In this document: positions 6,820 through 17,113 of the stretch, one piece after another | How positions within the stretch are numbered: position 1 is the stretch's first letter | Layout: each line of letters begins with the position of its first letter | Source of the DNA: an uncultured Gammaproteobacteria bacterium | GTDB taxonomy: Bacteria > Patescibacteriota > Patescibacteriia > UBA1558 > S5-K13 | Assembly (NCBI GenBank): GCA_964424195.1 | Contig: CAYRHT010000001.1 | Span: forward strand, 6,102 to 70,101 | Reading direction: 5' to 3' | Length of the DNA: 64,000 bases | Position numbers and translations under genes: made by a program | The notes under the pieces: generated by a model | Told to the model about the DNA's origin: nothing | What the model saw: the letters and a program-made list of their open reading frames with translations, nothing else | The model's database searches: none

Positions 6820-7161
6820 ATGAAAAAAGAAGATAAGAAAACTGATGATATTCTAAATATTCAACCAGGTGATATTGTCAGAGTTCATGAAACAATTAAA
6901 GAAAAAAATACTAAGGGTGAAGAAAAACAAAGAGTTCAAGTTTTTGAAGGAATTGTTTTAGCTCATAAACATGGTAAAGAAATTGGTGCTACTATTACTG
7001 TTCGAAAAGAATCTGGTGGTATTGGTGTTGAAAAAATATTTCCCTTAAATTCTCCACTGATAGAGAAAATTGAAGTAAAAGGAAAAATTAAGTCTCGAAA
7101 GTCAAAACTTTATTACCTTAGAAACTACGAGAAAAGACTTAAGAAAGTTATTAAAAAATAG
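6820..7161 (+). CDS. rplS: 50S ribosomal protein L19
   Basis: IQPGDIVRVH...QVFEGIVLAHKHG...TVRKESGGIGVEKIFPLNSPLIEKIEVK matches the bL19 family. Confidence 0.85.
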   Translation: MKKEDKKTDDILNIQPGDIVRVHETIKEKNTKGEEKQRVQVFEGIVLAHKHGKEIGATITVRKESGGIGVEKIFPLNSPLIEKIEVKGKIKSRKSKLYYLRNYEKRLKKVIKK

Positions 7162-7186
7162 TTTTTTGAAGAGAGTTTTGTTATTC

Positions 7187-7275
7187 GCCAGAGTGGCGGA
7201 ACTGGTAGACGCGCAGGCTTGAGGGGCCTGTGAGAAATTTTTCTCGTGGAGGTTCAAGTCCTCTCTCTGGCACCA
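7187..7275 (+). tRNA. tRNA-Leu(GAG), long variable arm, CCA encoded
   Basis: Hand-folded cloverleaf. Anticodon loop CTTGAGGG gives GAG. Confidence 0.75.
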
Positions 7276-7284
7276 CATTGACAA

Positions 7285-7361
7285 GGGTCCTTGGCTCAGT
7301 TGGTTAGAGCGTCTCGTTTACACCGAGAAGGTCATAGGTTCGACTCCTATAGGACCCACCA
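7285..7361 (+). tRNA. tRNA-Val(TAC)
   Basis: GGGTCCT acceptor stem, anticodon loop TTTACAC, TTCGACT T-loop, CCA encoded. Confidence 0.8.
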
Positions 7362-7376
7362 TAAATTTCCCATTAA

Positions 7377-7453
7377 GGGCCTGTAGCTCAGTTGGCTAGA
7401 GCACCTGCTTTGCAAGCAGGGGGTCAAGGGTTCGAATCCCTTCAGGTCCACCA
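7377..7453 (+). tRNA. tRNA-Ala(TGC)
   Basis: GGGCCTG acceptor stem with a G3:T70-like pair, anticodon loop TTTGCAA, CCA encoded. Confidence 0.8.
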
Positions 7454-7506
7454 AAGAGGACTTTTCATTTTGAAAGGTCTTTTTTTGTTTTAAAAGATAA
7501 ATAAAA

Positions 7507-7532
7507 AACCTGTCTTAGTGAAAAGACAGGTT
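7507..7532. terminator. Perfect hairpin AACCTGTCTT-AGTGAA-AAGACAGGTT, a bidirectional terminator candidate
   Basis: 10-bp perfect stem located between the tRNA cluster and a convergent minus-strand gene. Confidence 0.5.
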
Positions 7533-7635
7533 AAGAGTATTAATAGATTATTTTTTTTCATCTTGACGACTAGCAAGGAATCCAATGACACCGACAGTTA
7601 TGAAAAATATAGTAATAATAAATATTATAGACATT

Positions 7636-8253
7636 TTATTTTTTAAATATTTTTAAGAGTAAAATTAAAGAGAGTTGAATAATAATATTAGTAATAATCA
7701 GAGCAATAATAACTATAGCGATGTTTATTAAAAATGACCATTTAATAAAGAAGAGAATTATAAACACCCACCAGATGTTCTTTAAGTCTTGAAATGAAGG
7801 ACCAAGCATTGCTCCAACATTAAAAGATAGTAAAAGAACAATCCATCCTTGCCAAGTAATGATATTAATTTGAGATAAAATATTTAGAACTATATTGAAT
7901 ATTTCTGACCAACTGGAAATTTCATTAATTGTTAAGTAGTTAAGTAATAAATATCTATTCACCAGATAAAGGAATAAAAATCCACCCGCTATTGGTGCTA
8001 AAGAAATTAAAGCTTGGCCAATAATTGGAATTCTAGATTTAGTGTGACTAACCTGGGGTTGTTTGTGAAATATTTGAAATTTAGTAATTTTAGCACCAGT
8101 AAAAATACATAATACAGCATGAGAACTTTCATGAATAATAACTCCTAGATAGTATAACCAATGTAATACAGAGTAATTTAAATAAGAATAATTTAGATAA
8201 TTACTAAAATATCCTAAGATGCTGATGACTATAATTAATATTCCTAAATTCAT
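7636..8253 (-). CDS. Polytopic membrane protein with an HExxH motif (HESSH), a putative membrane zinc metalloprotease
   Basis: Multiple TM helices. The HESSHAVL motif sits within a hydrophobic segment. Confidence 0.5.
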   Translation of the reverse strand: MNLGILIIVISILGYFSNYLNYSYLNYSVLHWLYYLGVIIHESSHAVLCIFTGAKITKFQIFHKQPQVSHTKSRIPIIGQALISLAPIAGGFLFLYLVNRYLLLNYLTINEISSWSEIFNIVLNILSQINIITWQGWIVLLLSFNVGAMLGPSFQDLKNIWWVFIILFFIKWSFLINIAIVIIALIITNIIIQLSLILLLKIFKK

Positions 8254-8308
8254 AACGTTTGCTTGTTTGCTAAAGAGATAATATAATGAAATAAGAAGAG
8301 TTATTCAC

Positions 8309-8911
8309 TTGACTAAACTCTTATTATTTTATAACTTAAGTATACAAAAATATATGTTTAAAAAACAGGCCGGCGGAAGCCAACTTCTAGATTCTAGGGA
8401 AATATTAGAAAGTAAAATCGGACTGGGTTATGGAAATGTAGTAGCTGATTTAGGATGTGGTCCTAAAGCTTACTTTACTTTTCAATCTGCTCGAATAGTT
8501 GGAGACCGAGGAATAGTTTATGCTGTTGATATCCAGAAGCAAGTATTGTCTTCAGTAGAGAGTCATGCTAAGAATCAGAACTTAAACAATATTAAGACTG
8601 TCTGGAGTAATTTAGAAATAAGTGGAGCTACTAAAATTCAAGAGAGTTCTTTAGACTTAGCAATATTAAATAATGTCTTGTTTCAATCAGCAGATATGCC
8701 AGAGATGATTAAGGAAGCTGTTAGATTAACTAAAGCTGGCGGTAGATTATTAGTTATAGATTGGAAGAGTACTGGAGCTCCTCTGGGACCTAAAGTGGAT
8801 TTAAAAGTAAATCCAGAAAAAGTTAAAGAACTTGCTGAAGTATTTGGATTAAAGCTAGAAGAAGAGTTTGAAGCTGGACAGTATCACTTTGGTTTAATTT
8901 TTAGAAAGTAA
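8309..8911 (+). CDS. Class I SAM-dependent methyltransferase
   Basis: The VADLGCGPKAY segment matches motif I (GxGxG-like), and an acidic residue follows the next beta strand (VYAVDIQ). Confidence 0.65.
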   Translation: MTKLLLFYNLSIQKYMFKKQAGGSQLLDSREILESKIGLGYGNVVADLGCGPKAYFTFQSARIVGDRGIVYAVDIQKQVLSSVESHAKNQNLNNIKTVWSNLEISGATKIQESSLDLAILNNVLFQSADMPEMIKEAVRLTKAGGRLLVIDWKSTGAPLGPKVDLKVNPEKVKELAEVFGLKLEEEFEAGQYHFGLIFRK

Positions 8912-8924
8912 TTATATAAATAAA

Positions 8925-9338
8925 ATGTTGTTATCACTCGTTAATTTTCAGTATCTTTTTGATGCTTATCCTCCTCGAATAAAACAGGGGACTTTTTTAA
9001 CTATTATAATCTTAGCTTTAGTTTTTTTGGCTATTGCTATTGTATTAAAGTATTTGCTATCTAGAAAAACTAAATTTAAAGAAGGGTTAGATAAATATCA
9101 AAAAGAATTCTATATTAAGTTAATTAATATATTATTCACTAGTGGTTTAATTAGTCTATTTTTAATTACTTTTAGAAAATTAAGAGTTCCTTACTTTCAA
9201 ATTAGATTTGTTTTAATACTCTGGGGAGGTATTATTGTTATTTGGTTTATTACTATTCTTCAATATCAACTAACTAAAGTTCCAGAATTAAGAGAACAGG
9301 GTAAGAAAAGAAGAGAATACGAGAAGTATCTGAAATAG
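8925..9338 (+). CDS. Hypothetical membrane protein
   Basis: Three or four predicted TM helices and a basic C-terminus. Confidence 0.4.
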   Translation: MLLSLVNFQYLFDAYPPRIKQGTFLTIIILALVFLAIAIVLKYLLSRKTKFKEGLDKYQKEFYIKLINILFTSGLISLFLITFRKLRVPYFQIRFVLILWGGIIVIWFITILQYQLTKVPELREQGKKRREYEKYLK

Positions 9339-9487
9339 TTTGTTTTAAATTAAATAGAGTAGTAGTTACTCTATTTTTTGTTTCTCTAAATATGGGGATA
9401 AACAGTGTATAATCTGTGATTTATTACTTTGACAAAAAATCTTAAAGTAATAAGCTAAAGGAATATTATTAATTAATTTTTACGCCT

Positions 9488-10774
9488 ATGGTCAGAAAAA
9501 TATTTTTCGGGATAGCTATTTTTATGCTGTCCATTTTGTTTACTAACTCTATTTCGGCAGCAAGTATAGATATTGACTACGATGCTGAGTTGAGCAAAGT
9601 TTGTAAACCAAGTCATTGTTTAATTCCAATTCCTACTTTACTTGATCCTCAGGAAAAGATTATTAAAATTAATGAAAACTTCTACTTAACAGGTCTTACT
9701 TGGAACAATACTAAGGTAGATATTTATGTTGATGACTTATACCAAGGACCAGCTACAGTTATTAAGGATGCTGATAGTGATACAGCTAATTTCTTCTATC
9801 TCATAGAAGATAATTCACTGTTAGAAGGTATTCATAATTGGAAAGTGATTGCTTGGGCAGAAACTATGCGAAAAAGGTCTTATGTTTCTGCTGAAAACAA
9901 CTTTGTTATTGAATCTTATTTCATTGCTCCTCGTTTAAGTAATATTACTGAGGATATAGATAATAATAATTGGATTATTGGTGAAACAGAAAATAATTCT
10001 CTAGTAAGCATCTATGTTGATAATGTGTATCAAGGACAAATTAGAAGTGATGGTAATTTTAATTACAATATTGGTCCTTTGTCTCCTGGTTTGCACACTT
10101 TCTATGCTTTAGCTCAAGAAGTAGGTACTGGTAAAACTAGTAAGAGATCTAATATTCTCTCAGAAGAGGTAATGATTAGAGATTTTGAGCAAAGCAGAGA
10201 AGAAATGATTGAAGAATCAGAGATTATTGATCAAGATAGTGAGATTGAAGCCTTAGAAGAGGTAGTAGAGCCGATTATAGAGCCAGAAGCAGATATTATT
10301 GAAGAGGTAGAGGTTCTGGAAGAGAATATTAGTTCAATTTCAGAAGAAAAGAGTTCGGATGACGAATTAAATATTCAATCTGAAGATACTACTACTAATG
10401 TTAGTGTAACTGAAACTAATAATTCTGATGTTGAGGTTGATGTTATTAATGAAGAAGAATCTCAAGATCAACTTGTCGTGGAAAGTCAGATAAATGAGTT
10501 AGAGGACAAAGAAGAGGCAGAAATTACAGAAACAGAAGAATTACAACCAGCAACTCCTAGCATTGAAGAGAAAGAGTTAATGATGGAAGAAATAGGGATA
10601 GTTGAAAAACAGGAAAGAAATCGAAAAGTTGGTTTATTCCTCTTAGTTATTCTAGTAGTAATAGTTCTAGCTTCTACTTTTATTTCAGGAAAGAAAGACA
10701 AGCGATCATCAAAAGATTCAAAAAAAGACGAGAATGATAATTCTCATCAAGGGAATCTGTTTAATGAAGAATAG
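9488..10774 (+). CDS. Secreted or cell-surface protein with signal peptide, acidic E/I/D-rich low-complexity region and C-terminal TM anchor
   Basis: N-terminal signal peptide (ISAASIDI...), a long acidic repeat region, and a C-terminal hydrophobic helix plus basic tail. Confidence 0.55.
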   Translation: MVRKIFFGIAIFMLSILFTNSISAASIDIDYDAELSKVCKPSHCLIPIPTLLDPQEKIIKINENFYLTGLTWNNTKVDIYVDDLYQGPATVIKDADSDTANFFYLIEDNSLLEGIHNWKVIAWAETMRKRSYVSAENNFVIESYFIAPRLSNITEDIDNNNWIIGETENNSLVSIYVDNVYQGQIRSDGNFNYNIGPLSPGLHTFYALAQEVGTGKTSKRSNILSEEVMIRDFEQSREEMIEESEIIDQDSEIEALEEVVEPIIEPEADIIEEVEVLEENISSISEEKSSDDELNIQSEDTTTNVSVTETNNSDVEVDVINEEESQDQLVVESQINELEDKEEAEITETEELQPATPSIEEKELMMEEIGIVEKQERNRKVGLFLLVILVVIVLASTFISGKKDKRSSKDSKKDENDNSHQGNLFNEE

Positions 10775-10798
10775 AATTCTTAGATAAATAAAAAGACT

Positions 10799-11260
10799 TT
10801 AAAGATTTCCTTTAGAGTCTTTTTTAATACTGATCATTAAAAACAAGAAGACTCCAATACTGATATAGGCATCAGCTAAGTTAAAATTGGGCCAAATACT
10901 GATTTGAATGAAGTCAACCACTCCTTGATATACTATTCTATCTAAAAGATTACTAGTAGCACCAATAATAACTAATCCTAAAAAGGAAGTTTCTAAATAT
11001 CTTTCTTTTTTAATACTTTTAAGAAAAAAAACAAAAAGAAATGTAATTAGAATGATGGTTAGAATAAAAATAACAACTTGAGGTAGTTTTAAGCCAAAAG
11101 CAATTCCATTATTGAGTTGTAATTGAAATTGAAAGTTTTTAAACAAATAAACTCCTTGATTAAGGAGTTTATGAAAAGCTAAATATTTACTTAGACGATC
11201 AATAATAAAGAGGAGTAATAAGATTAGGCTAATATATTTTATTTTTAAGCAGATTCTCAT
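10799..11260 (-). CDS. lspA: Lipoprotein signal peptidase II
   Basis: Conserved NNGIAFGL and FNLADAYISIGV motifs in a four-TM protein. Confidence 0.8.
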   Translation of the reverse strand: MRICLKIKYISLILLLLFIIDRLSKYLAFHKLLNQGVYLFKNFQFQLQLNNGIAFGLKLPQVVIFILTIILITFLFVFFLKSIKKERYLETSFLGLVIIGATSNLLDRIVYQGVVDFIQISIWPNFNLADAYISIGVFLFLMISIKKDSKGNL

Positions 11261-11261
11261 C

Positions 11262-11624
11262 TTACAAAGTTTTTCTTTTACAATCCATGCATTTAGTAGC
11301 AGTAGGAAAAGCTAATAATCTTTTTTCTGGAATATCTTTTTGGCATTCACGACATTTTCCATAACCACCCTTTTTAATCACTTCCAAAGCTTCATTAACC
11401 TTCTTAAGAGACTTCTCTAAAGTCTTTTCTAAATAAAGATCTCCTTCAAAATCAGCTACTTCAGCTGCATTTTCATCTTCATGATCTCCGTATTGAGGAA
11501 ATTTAGCATTATAATCACCCTCAGCATTTTTATTCTTATCAGCAAAGGCTTCTAATTCTTTAATTAGTTCTTCTTTTTGTTCTAATAATCTTTCTTCTGT
11601 CTCTTTGATCAATTTTTTATTCAT
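11262..11624 (-). CDS. DksA/TraR-family C4 zinc-finger protein
   Basis: C-terminal CRECQKDIPEKRLLAFPTATKCMDCK zinc finger preceded by a coiled-coil region. Confidence 0.7.
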   Translation of the reverse strand: MNKKLIKETEERLLEQKEELIKELEAFADKNKNAEGDYNAKFPQYGDHEDENAAEVADFEGDLYLEKTLEKSLKKVNEALEVIKKGGYGKCRECQKDIPEKRLLAFPTATKCMDCKRKTL

Positions 11625-11932
11625 AATATTTTAAATAATTATTAATAGTAATTATTAGTAATCATTATATTGTGAATCTATTTTTGTGTCAACTTCTATT
11701 AAGGAGTCTTAGATTTTTAAAAAAAGATTATTTTGAATTGAATATATACCCTTAATAAAGAATATTTGATTTAAAAATTAAAGGGGAGAGTATTAAAATG
11801 TTCTAAAATATTTTTAATTTTATTTAAAAAAATAAAAAGGAGAAGTTTCACAAGATAAGCTAAGAAGTCTGGTTATCCACAGCTTCGGCTTTGCGTAAAC
11901 CACAAAATATGGTATTATAGTTAGTACTTGAG

Positions 11933-11948
11933 ACACTATATGTAGTGT
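11933..11948. promoter_or_regulatory. NrdR-box-like palindrome ACACTATATGTAGTGT upstream of nrdD; a weaker second box lies at ~11900-11913
   Basis: It matches the NrdR operator consensus acaCwAtATaTwGtgt and lies ~90 bp upstream of the nrdD start. Confidence 0.5.
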
Positions 11949-12035
11949 TTCGAAAAACAGACTAAAATTAGAAGCGAGTAATGAATTATTATTCAAAACT
12001 AATAAAAACAATTAATAAAAATAAAAAATAAATCT

Positions 12036-14165
12036 ATGGTCGAAGGTAAAACATTTTCTAAGATAAAAAAGCGAGATGGACGAGTTGTTAAGTTTAAAGC
12101 TGAAAAGGTTACTCAGGCTATTCAAAAAGCTGGAGAAGCTAGTGGTGAATTTGATGAAAAAGTAGCAAAAAAATTGACTTTAAGAGTTTTAACGGTCGCT
12201 CACCACTCAGTTGAGAGTAAAACCCCAACTGTTGAAGAGATTCAGGATATAGTAGAAGAAGTTTTATTAAATTCATCATATGCTAAGACCGCAAAGTTAT
12301 ATATTATCTACCGAGATCAACATGATAAGATTAGACAAATAGCTGACACTAGTAATGTTACTTTAGTTGACGAATATTTATCTCAATTAGATTGGCAAGT
12401 GAATGAAAACTCTAATATGAGCTATTCCTTACAGGGAATGAATAACTATGTGGCTGAAGAAGTTACTAAAGTTTATTGGCTTAATAAAATATATCCAGAA
12501 AATATCAGAGATGCTTACTTGTCTGGTGATTTTCATATTCATGATCTAGGTTTTCTAGGAGCATATTGTGTGGGTTGGGATTTAGAAGATTTGTTGATGG
12601 TTGGTTTCAAGGGAATCGCTGGAAAAATTGAATCTTCTCCAGCTAAACATTTTAGAACTATTTTAGGACATATTGTTAATTTCTTTTATACTACTCAGGG
12701 TGAAACAGCTGGAGCTCAGGCTTTTTCTAGTTTTGATACTTTATTAGCTCCTTTTATTAAATATGATAAGTTAGATTACAAAAAGGTTAAACAAGCTATG
12801 CAAGAGTTTATTTTCAATATGAATGTGCCAACTAGAGTTGGTTTTCAAACTCCATTTACCAATTTGACCATGGATCTATCTGCGCCAAAGCATATGAAGA
12901 AAAAGAGTGTAATTATTGGTGGAAAACCTCAAAAAGAAAAATATGGCGATTTTCAAAAAGAAATGGATATGATTAATAAAGCTTTCTTGGAAGTTATGGA
13001 AGAAGGAGACGCTAAGGGAAGAGTGTTTACTTTCCCAATTCCAACTTACAATATTACTAAAGAATTCAATTGGAAAGATAAAAATTTAGATAAGCTATGG
13101 GAAATAACTGCTAAATATGGAATTCCTAATTTTTCAAACTATGTTAATTCAGATATGAGTCCTGATGATGCTCGTTCTATGTGCTGTCGATTAAGATTAG
13201 ATAATAGAGAACTTAGAAAAAGAGGTGGTGGTTTGTTTGGATCTAATCCAATGACTGGTTCTATTGGTGTAGTAACTATGAATTTACCGAGAATGGGCTA
13301 CCTTTCTAAAAATGAAAAGGAATTCTTTAAGAACCTAAAGGAAAATATGGATTTAGCTCAGGAGAGTCTAGAAATTAAGAGAAAGGTGATCGAAAAGTTT
13401 ACTAGTGGTGGTCTCTATCCATATTCTAGATTCTATTTAAGAAGTGTTCACGAGAGATTTAAAGAATATTGGAAAAATCATTTTTCTACCATTGGTCTTT
13501 TAGGAATGAATGAAGCCTGTTTGAATTTATTAGGCGAAGATATTACTACTCCAACTGGAAATGAATTTGCTAAAAAAGTTTTAGTATTTATGAGAGACAC
13601 AATTACTGAGTATCAAAAAGAAACTGGTAATATGTATAATTTAGAAGCTACTCCAGCAGAAGGAACTTCCTATCGATTAGCCCTTAAAGATCAGAAGAAA
13701 TTCCCAGACATTCTCTTCGCTAATCCAGATCGAGTAAAACAAAAGAATGCTGCTCCTTTCTATACCAATTCTAGTCAATTGCCAGTTAACTTTACTAATG
13801 ATGTTTTTGAAGAACTAGAACTGCAAGACGATATTCAGTCTCAATATACTGGTGGTACAAATTTACATTTCTTTGTTGGTGAAAAAATTAGAAGCCCTAA
13901 AATAGTTAAAGATTTGGTTAAGAAGATTTGTCATAATTACAAACTCTCTTACTTTACAATTACTCCTACTTTTAGTATTTGTCCAGAACATGGATATATT
14001 GCTGGAGAACATTTCAAATGTCCAAAATGTAAAGGTAATGCCGATGTTTATTCTAGAACCGTAGGATATATTAGACCAGTACAGTATTGGAATAAAGGTA
14101 AAGTAGAAGAATTTGGTATGAGAAAAACCTTTAAAGTTAATTCAGGTTGTTCAGATTGTAAATAA
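12036..14165 (+). CDS. nrdD: Anaerobic ribonucleoside-triphosphate reductase (class III RNR)
   Basis: N-terminal ATP-cone, a C-terminal zinc ribbon (CPEHG...CPKCKG) and the glycyl-radical motif RTVGYIRPV. Confidence 0.9.
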   Translation: MVEGKTFSKIKKRDGRVVKFKAEKVTQAIQKAGEASGEFDEKVAKKLTLRVLTVAHHSVESKTPTVEEIQDIVEEVLLNSSYAKTAKLYIIYRDQHDKIRQIADTSNVTLVDEYLSQLDWQVNENSNMSYSLQGMNNYVAEEVTKVYWLNKIYPENIRDAYLSGDFHIHDLGFLGAYCVGWDLEDLLMVGFKGIAGKIESSPAKHFRTILGHIVNFFYTTQGETAGAQAFSSFDTLLAPFIKYDKLDYKKVKQAMQEFIFNMNVPTRVGFQTPFTNLTMDLSAPKHMKKKSVIIGGKPQKEKYGDFQKEMDMINKAFLEVMEEGDAKGRVFTFPIPTYNITKEFNWKDKNLDKLWEITAKYGIPNFSNYVNSDMSPDDARSMCCRLRLDNRELRKRGGGLFGSNPMTGSIGVVTMNLPRMGYLSKNEKEFFKNLKENMDLAQESLEIKRKVIEKFTSGGLYPYSRFYLRSVHERFKEYWKNHFSTIGLLGMNEACLNLLGEDITTPTGNEFAKKVLVFMRDTITEYQKETGNMYNLEATPAEGTSYRLALKDQKKFPDILFANPDRVKQKNAAPFYTNSSQLPVNFTNDVFEELELQDDIQSQYTGGTNLHFFVGEKIRSPKIVKDLVKKICHNYKLSYFTITPTFSICPEHGYIAGEHFKCPKCKGNADVYSRTVGYIRPVQYWNKGKVEEFGMRKTFKVNSGCSDCK

Positions 14166-14236
14166 AAAACTTGTCGTGGATAACAAAGCGCATTCTGGTT
14201 TAGAGGATGCGCTTTGATAACCCTTAATATAAATAT

Positions 14237-14926
14237 ATGAATATTGGTGGATTACAAAAATTTTCAATGATAGACTATCCAAATAAATTGGCTGCTATTG
14301 TTTTTACTTTGGGCTGTAATTTTCGTTGTGGTTATTGTCATAATCCAGAATTAGTATTACCAGAGAAATTTAATCCTAGTTTAGATGAAGAAAAGATTTT
14401 GGAATTTTTTAAAACTAGAGTTGGAAAATTAGATGCAATTTCAATTACCGGAGGAGAACCAACAATGCAAAAAGATTTAACTCAGTTTATGAAAAAGATT
14501 AAGGACCTAGGTTTTTTAATTAAGCTCGATACTAATGGAACTGATCCTAAAACGTTAAAAGAGATAATTGATAATAAGTTAGTAGATTATATTGCCATGG
14601 ACATCAAAGCTCCCTTTGAAAAATATGAAGAAGTGATTAAGACCAAAGTTGATTTAGAAGATATTAAAAAAAGCATTAAGATGATAATGAGTTCAAAGAT
14701 AGAATATGAATTTAGAACTACGATTGTGAAGTCTCAACTTAGTGTTAAAGATTTAATGGGCATTGGGAAATTAATTAAAGGGGCTAATATTTATTATCTC
14801 CAAAAATTTGTTTCTTCTAAAGCTAATGATGATGAATTCTTAAAAAAGAAAACTTATTCTGACGAAGAATTTGAAGAGATTAGAAAAGATATTTTAAAGT
14901 ATGTGAAAAATTGTAAGATTAGATAA
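14237..14926 (+). CDS. nrdG: Anaerobic RNR-activating radical SAM protein
   Basis: CNFRCGYCHNPE radical SAM motif. The gene sits immediately downstream of nrdD. Confidence 0.85.
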   Translation: MNIGGLQKFSMIDYPNKLAAIVFTLGCNFRCGYCHNPELVLPEKFNPSLDEEKILEFFKTRVGKLDAISITGGEPTMQKDLTQFMKKIKDLGFLIKLDTNGTDPKTLKEIIDNKLVDYIAMDIKAPFEKYEEVIKTKVDLEDIKKSIKMIMSSKIEYEFRTTIVKSQLSVKDLMGIGKLIKGANIYYLQKFVSSKANDDEFLKKKTYSDEEFEEIRKDILKYVKNCKIR

Positions 14927-15216
14927 TGAAAAGAAAGAAAATCAAAAATAAATACTATTTAAATCCCGAGGCAGTTTTAGATTTACATGGGTTTACAAAG
15001 AAAGAAGCCGAGAGGGCTTTTTTTGAGTTTTTAGAAGAGTCTCAGGAAAAGGGCTTCAGAAAAATTAAGATTATCACTGGACAAGGATGGCACAATAAAG
15101 ATTTTCAAAGTATTTTAAAGCCGTTTATAGAAGATCTTTTAGATAAAGAAAATTATTCTTACACAGATGCCAAAATAAATGACGGTGGACGAGGAGCTTT
15201 AATTGTTAATTTGTAA
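14926..15216 (+). CDS. Smr-domain protein
   Basis: LDLHGFTKKEAERAF...KIKIITGQGWH matches the Smr (MutS2 C-terminal-like) domain. Its start overlaps the nrdG stop. Confidence 0.65.
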   Translation: MKRKKIKNKYYLNPEAVLDLHGFTKKEAERAFFEFLEESQEKGFRKIKIITGQGWHNKDFQSILKPFIEDLLDKENYSYTDAKINDGGRGALIVNL

Positions 15217-16377
15217 TTTCTCAAAGATTATTTCTTCACCCGTATTTTTGATATAAAAAGTATGGTCTAAATATTCTTGCTCCATTAGAGGAAGATTTAT
15301 TTTGTAGTAAAGAGGAATATTATGAAGCTTAGGAATCATTAATCCTAGTTCAGCAATATCTGAAAAAGCATAGTCATCATTAAATATATTATTAGAGTGG
15401 AATTCTAATCGATTAGGATGATCAGGGTCTTGAAAAAACTTATTACCATTAGCAAATGATAAATAATTCATGTAATTTTGATTATTGAAATAATATCCTA
15501 GTAGTCCAGTCATTAAATAGAATTGAGCACCCAGAGCAGAGGGTCGATGTCCAATTTCAGCAGAGATCTTTCCATTAGTAAGTGTTATTTTCTGGAGATT
15601 ATTATACATTTGCTGAGCAATGTTTAAATATTCTATTTGATTAGTTAACTCTCCATACATCATCAGCATAAAAGCAGAGACAGCATGATAATGCACTGAA
15701 AAATCATTTAGGTTGTTTTCTAGATACCAATAATCAGAGTTAATAGATTCTTGAATAGCGGAGTCTATTTTATTTTTTATTAAATTATCAAAGTATTCTT
15801 TTTTCAGTGAATTAATGATTCCTTTTTCAAAAAGATGATTATTAATATATTGCCAATGAGCTCCAGCAATAATTGCTCGGTTTTCAGTGTCCAAAGCTTT
15901 AATACCATTTTCCAAATATTCATTAATAACATTATAGATAGCTTGTTTGGTTTTGTTATTTAAAAGTTTGGGAAGTTTTTCTAGAATTTGAATTGTTAAA
16001 AAATGAGCTTCAGCTTCTTGGAAAGATTGACTTTTCGAACCTCTTTCTAAGAGTTCATTATATCCTTTTAATATTCCAAAACGGACAATATTTTTAGCAC
16101 TTAAATCTCCATCTAAAGCTCGATATTTATAATATGAAACTAAAGAGATCCATTCTCTGATTTTTTCTGGTTCAGTGAATTCACTTACTCCGTATTCAGG
16201 TGAAGAATATATTAAACCAACTTGATCAAAATGTTGACTATAGCGAGTATAAAAATACTCTACATAATTGTTGAGGTGAGAATTGTTTATTTGAGCAGTA
16301 ACAGGAGAAACTAAACAAAAGTTAGGTATTAGGATAATTAATATCAGAAGGATTGTTTTTGTAAATGTTTTAGACAT
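15199..16377 (-). CDS. Secreted hypothetical protein (392 aa, signal peptide)
   Basis: N-terminal hydrophobic signal sequence. No motif recognised. Confidence 0.45.
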   Translation of the reverse strand: MSKTFTKTILLILIILIPNFCLVSPVTAQINNSHLNNYVEYFYTRYSQHFDQVGLIYSSPEYGVSEFTEPEKIREWISLVSYYKYRALDGDLSAKNIVRFGILKGYNELLERGSKSQSFQEAEAHFLTIQILEKLPKLLNNKTKQAIYNVINEYLENGIKALDTENRAIIAGAHWQYINNHLFEKGIINSLKKEYFDNLIKNKIDSAIQESINSDYWYLENNLNDFSVHYHAVSAFMLMMYGELTNQIEYLNIAQQMYNNLQKITLTNGKISAEIGHRPSALGAQFYLMTGLLGYYFNNQNYMNYLSFANGNKFFQDPDHPNRLEFHSNNIFNDDYAFSDIAELGLMIPKLHNIPLYYKINLPLMEQEYLDHTFYIKNTGEEIIFEKLQINN

Positions 16378-16378
16378 T

Positions 16379-17113
16379 TTATTTTTTGGGATTAGTTTTA
16401 GCTGCCATCCAGGCTAACATAAAGAAGCTTTTAAAAGTTTTAGCTATATCTTCAGATTCAATTAACACTCCGAAAAGATTATCCAAGGAGACTATGAATA
16501 GTTTGTCTTTAATAATTACTGCATCTGCAAAAACCGGTAAATTTTTAGGCATAATTCGAATTTCTCTATTCTTACTACTTTTTTTTATATATTTAAGACC
16601 TTCTTTGTTATTAGAAATCAATTCTAATGATTCTTTGTAATGAGCAGAGTGATGTTTTTCTAGATATTCAATCATATTAGGAAAAGTTTTTAATAATTTT
16701 TCCATGTCTGTGCCAAAAAAATAGATTTTTTCTGTTGGAAACATAGTTTTTGTATAAACCTCCCATAGAGTTTCTTTTCCTTCATAATATCTAATTTTAG
16801 GTTTAGGTCCTTTATTAAACTTAGCATGGAAAAAGGGAAGTAAGTCTTGAAAGTTAGCTATTTTTTCTTTGTATTTGTTTAAAATAATATTGGGATCTTC
16901 GGCTGAGTAGAGGGTGGTATTTTTTTTCTCTATTTTACTTACTAAACCTTTTTCAAATAAATTATCTAAACTTAAATAACAAGTTGGTCTTTTGACTCCA
17001 GCTTTTTTAGCTATATGTAAAACACTATTAGTACCTAATTCTAAACAAGCTAAATATATTTTAGCTTCAATTTCTGTTAATCCTAAATCTTTTAATATTT
17101 TCTCTTCAATCAT
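16379..17113 (-). CDS. TrmB-family transcriptional regulator
   Basis: N-terminal winged-HTH LGLTEIEAKIYLACLELGTNSVLHIAKKAGVKRPTCYLSLDNLFEKGLV, characteristic of TrmB. Confidence 0.7.
   Translation of the reverse strand: MIEEKILKDLGLTEIEAKIYLACLELGTNSVLHIAKKAGVKRPTCYLSLDNLFEKGLVSKIEKKNTTLYSAEDPNIILNKYKEKIANFQDLLPFFHAKFNKGPKPKIRYYEGKETLWEVYTKTMFPTEKIYFFGTDMEKLLKTFPNMIEYLEKHHSAHYKESLELISNNKEGLKYIKKSSKNREIRIMPKNLPVFADAVIIKDKLFIVSLDNLFGVLIESEDIAKTFKSFFMLAWMAAKTNPKK

Noticed and set aside
10486-10701. Minus-strand ORF inside the acidic surface protein gene
   Set aside because: It is antisense within a low-complexity repeat region.
11820-12011. 63-aa ORF on the minus strand upstream of nrdD
   Set aside because: It covers the nrdD promoter and NrdR-box region and has no SD site. 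It is more likely a regulatory region.
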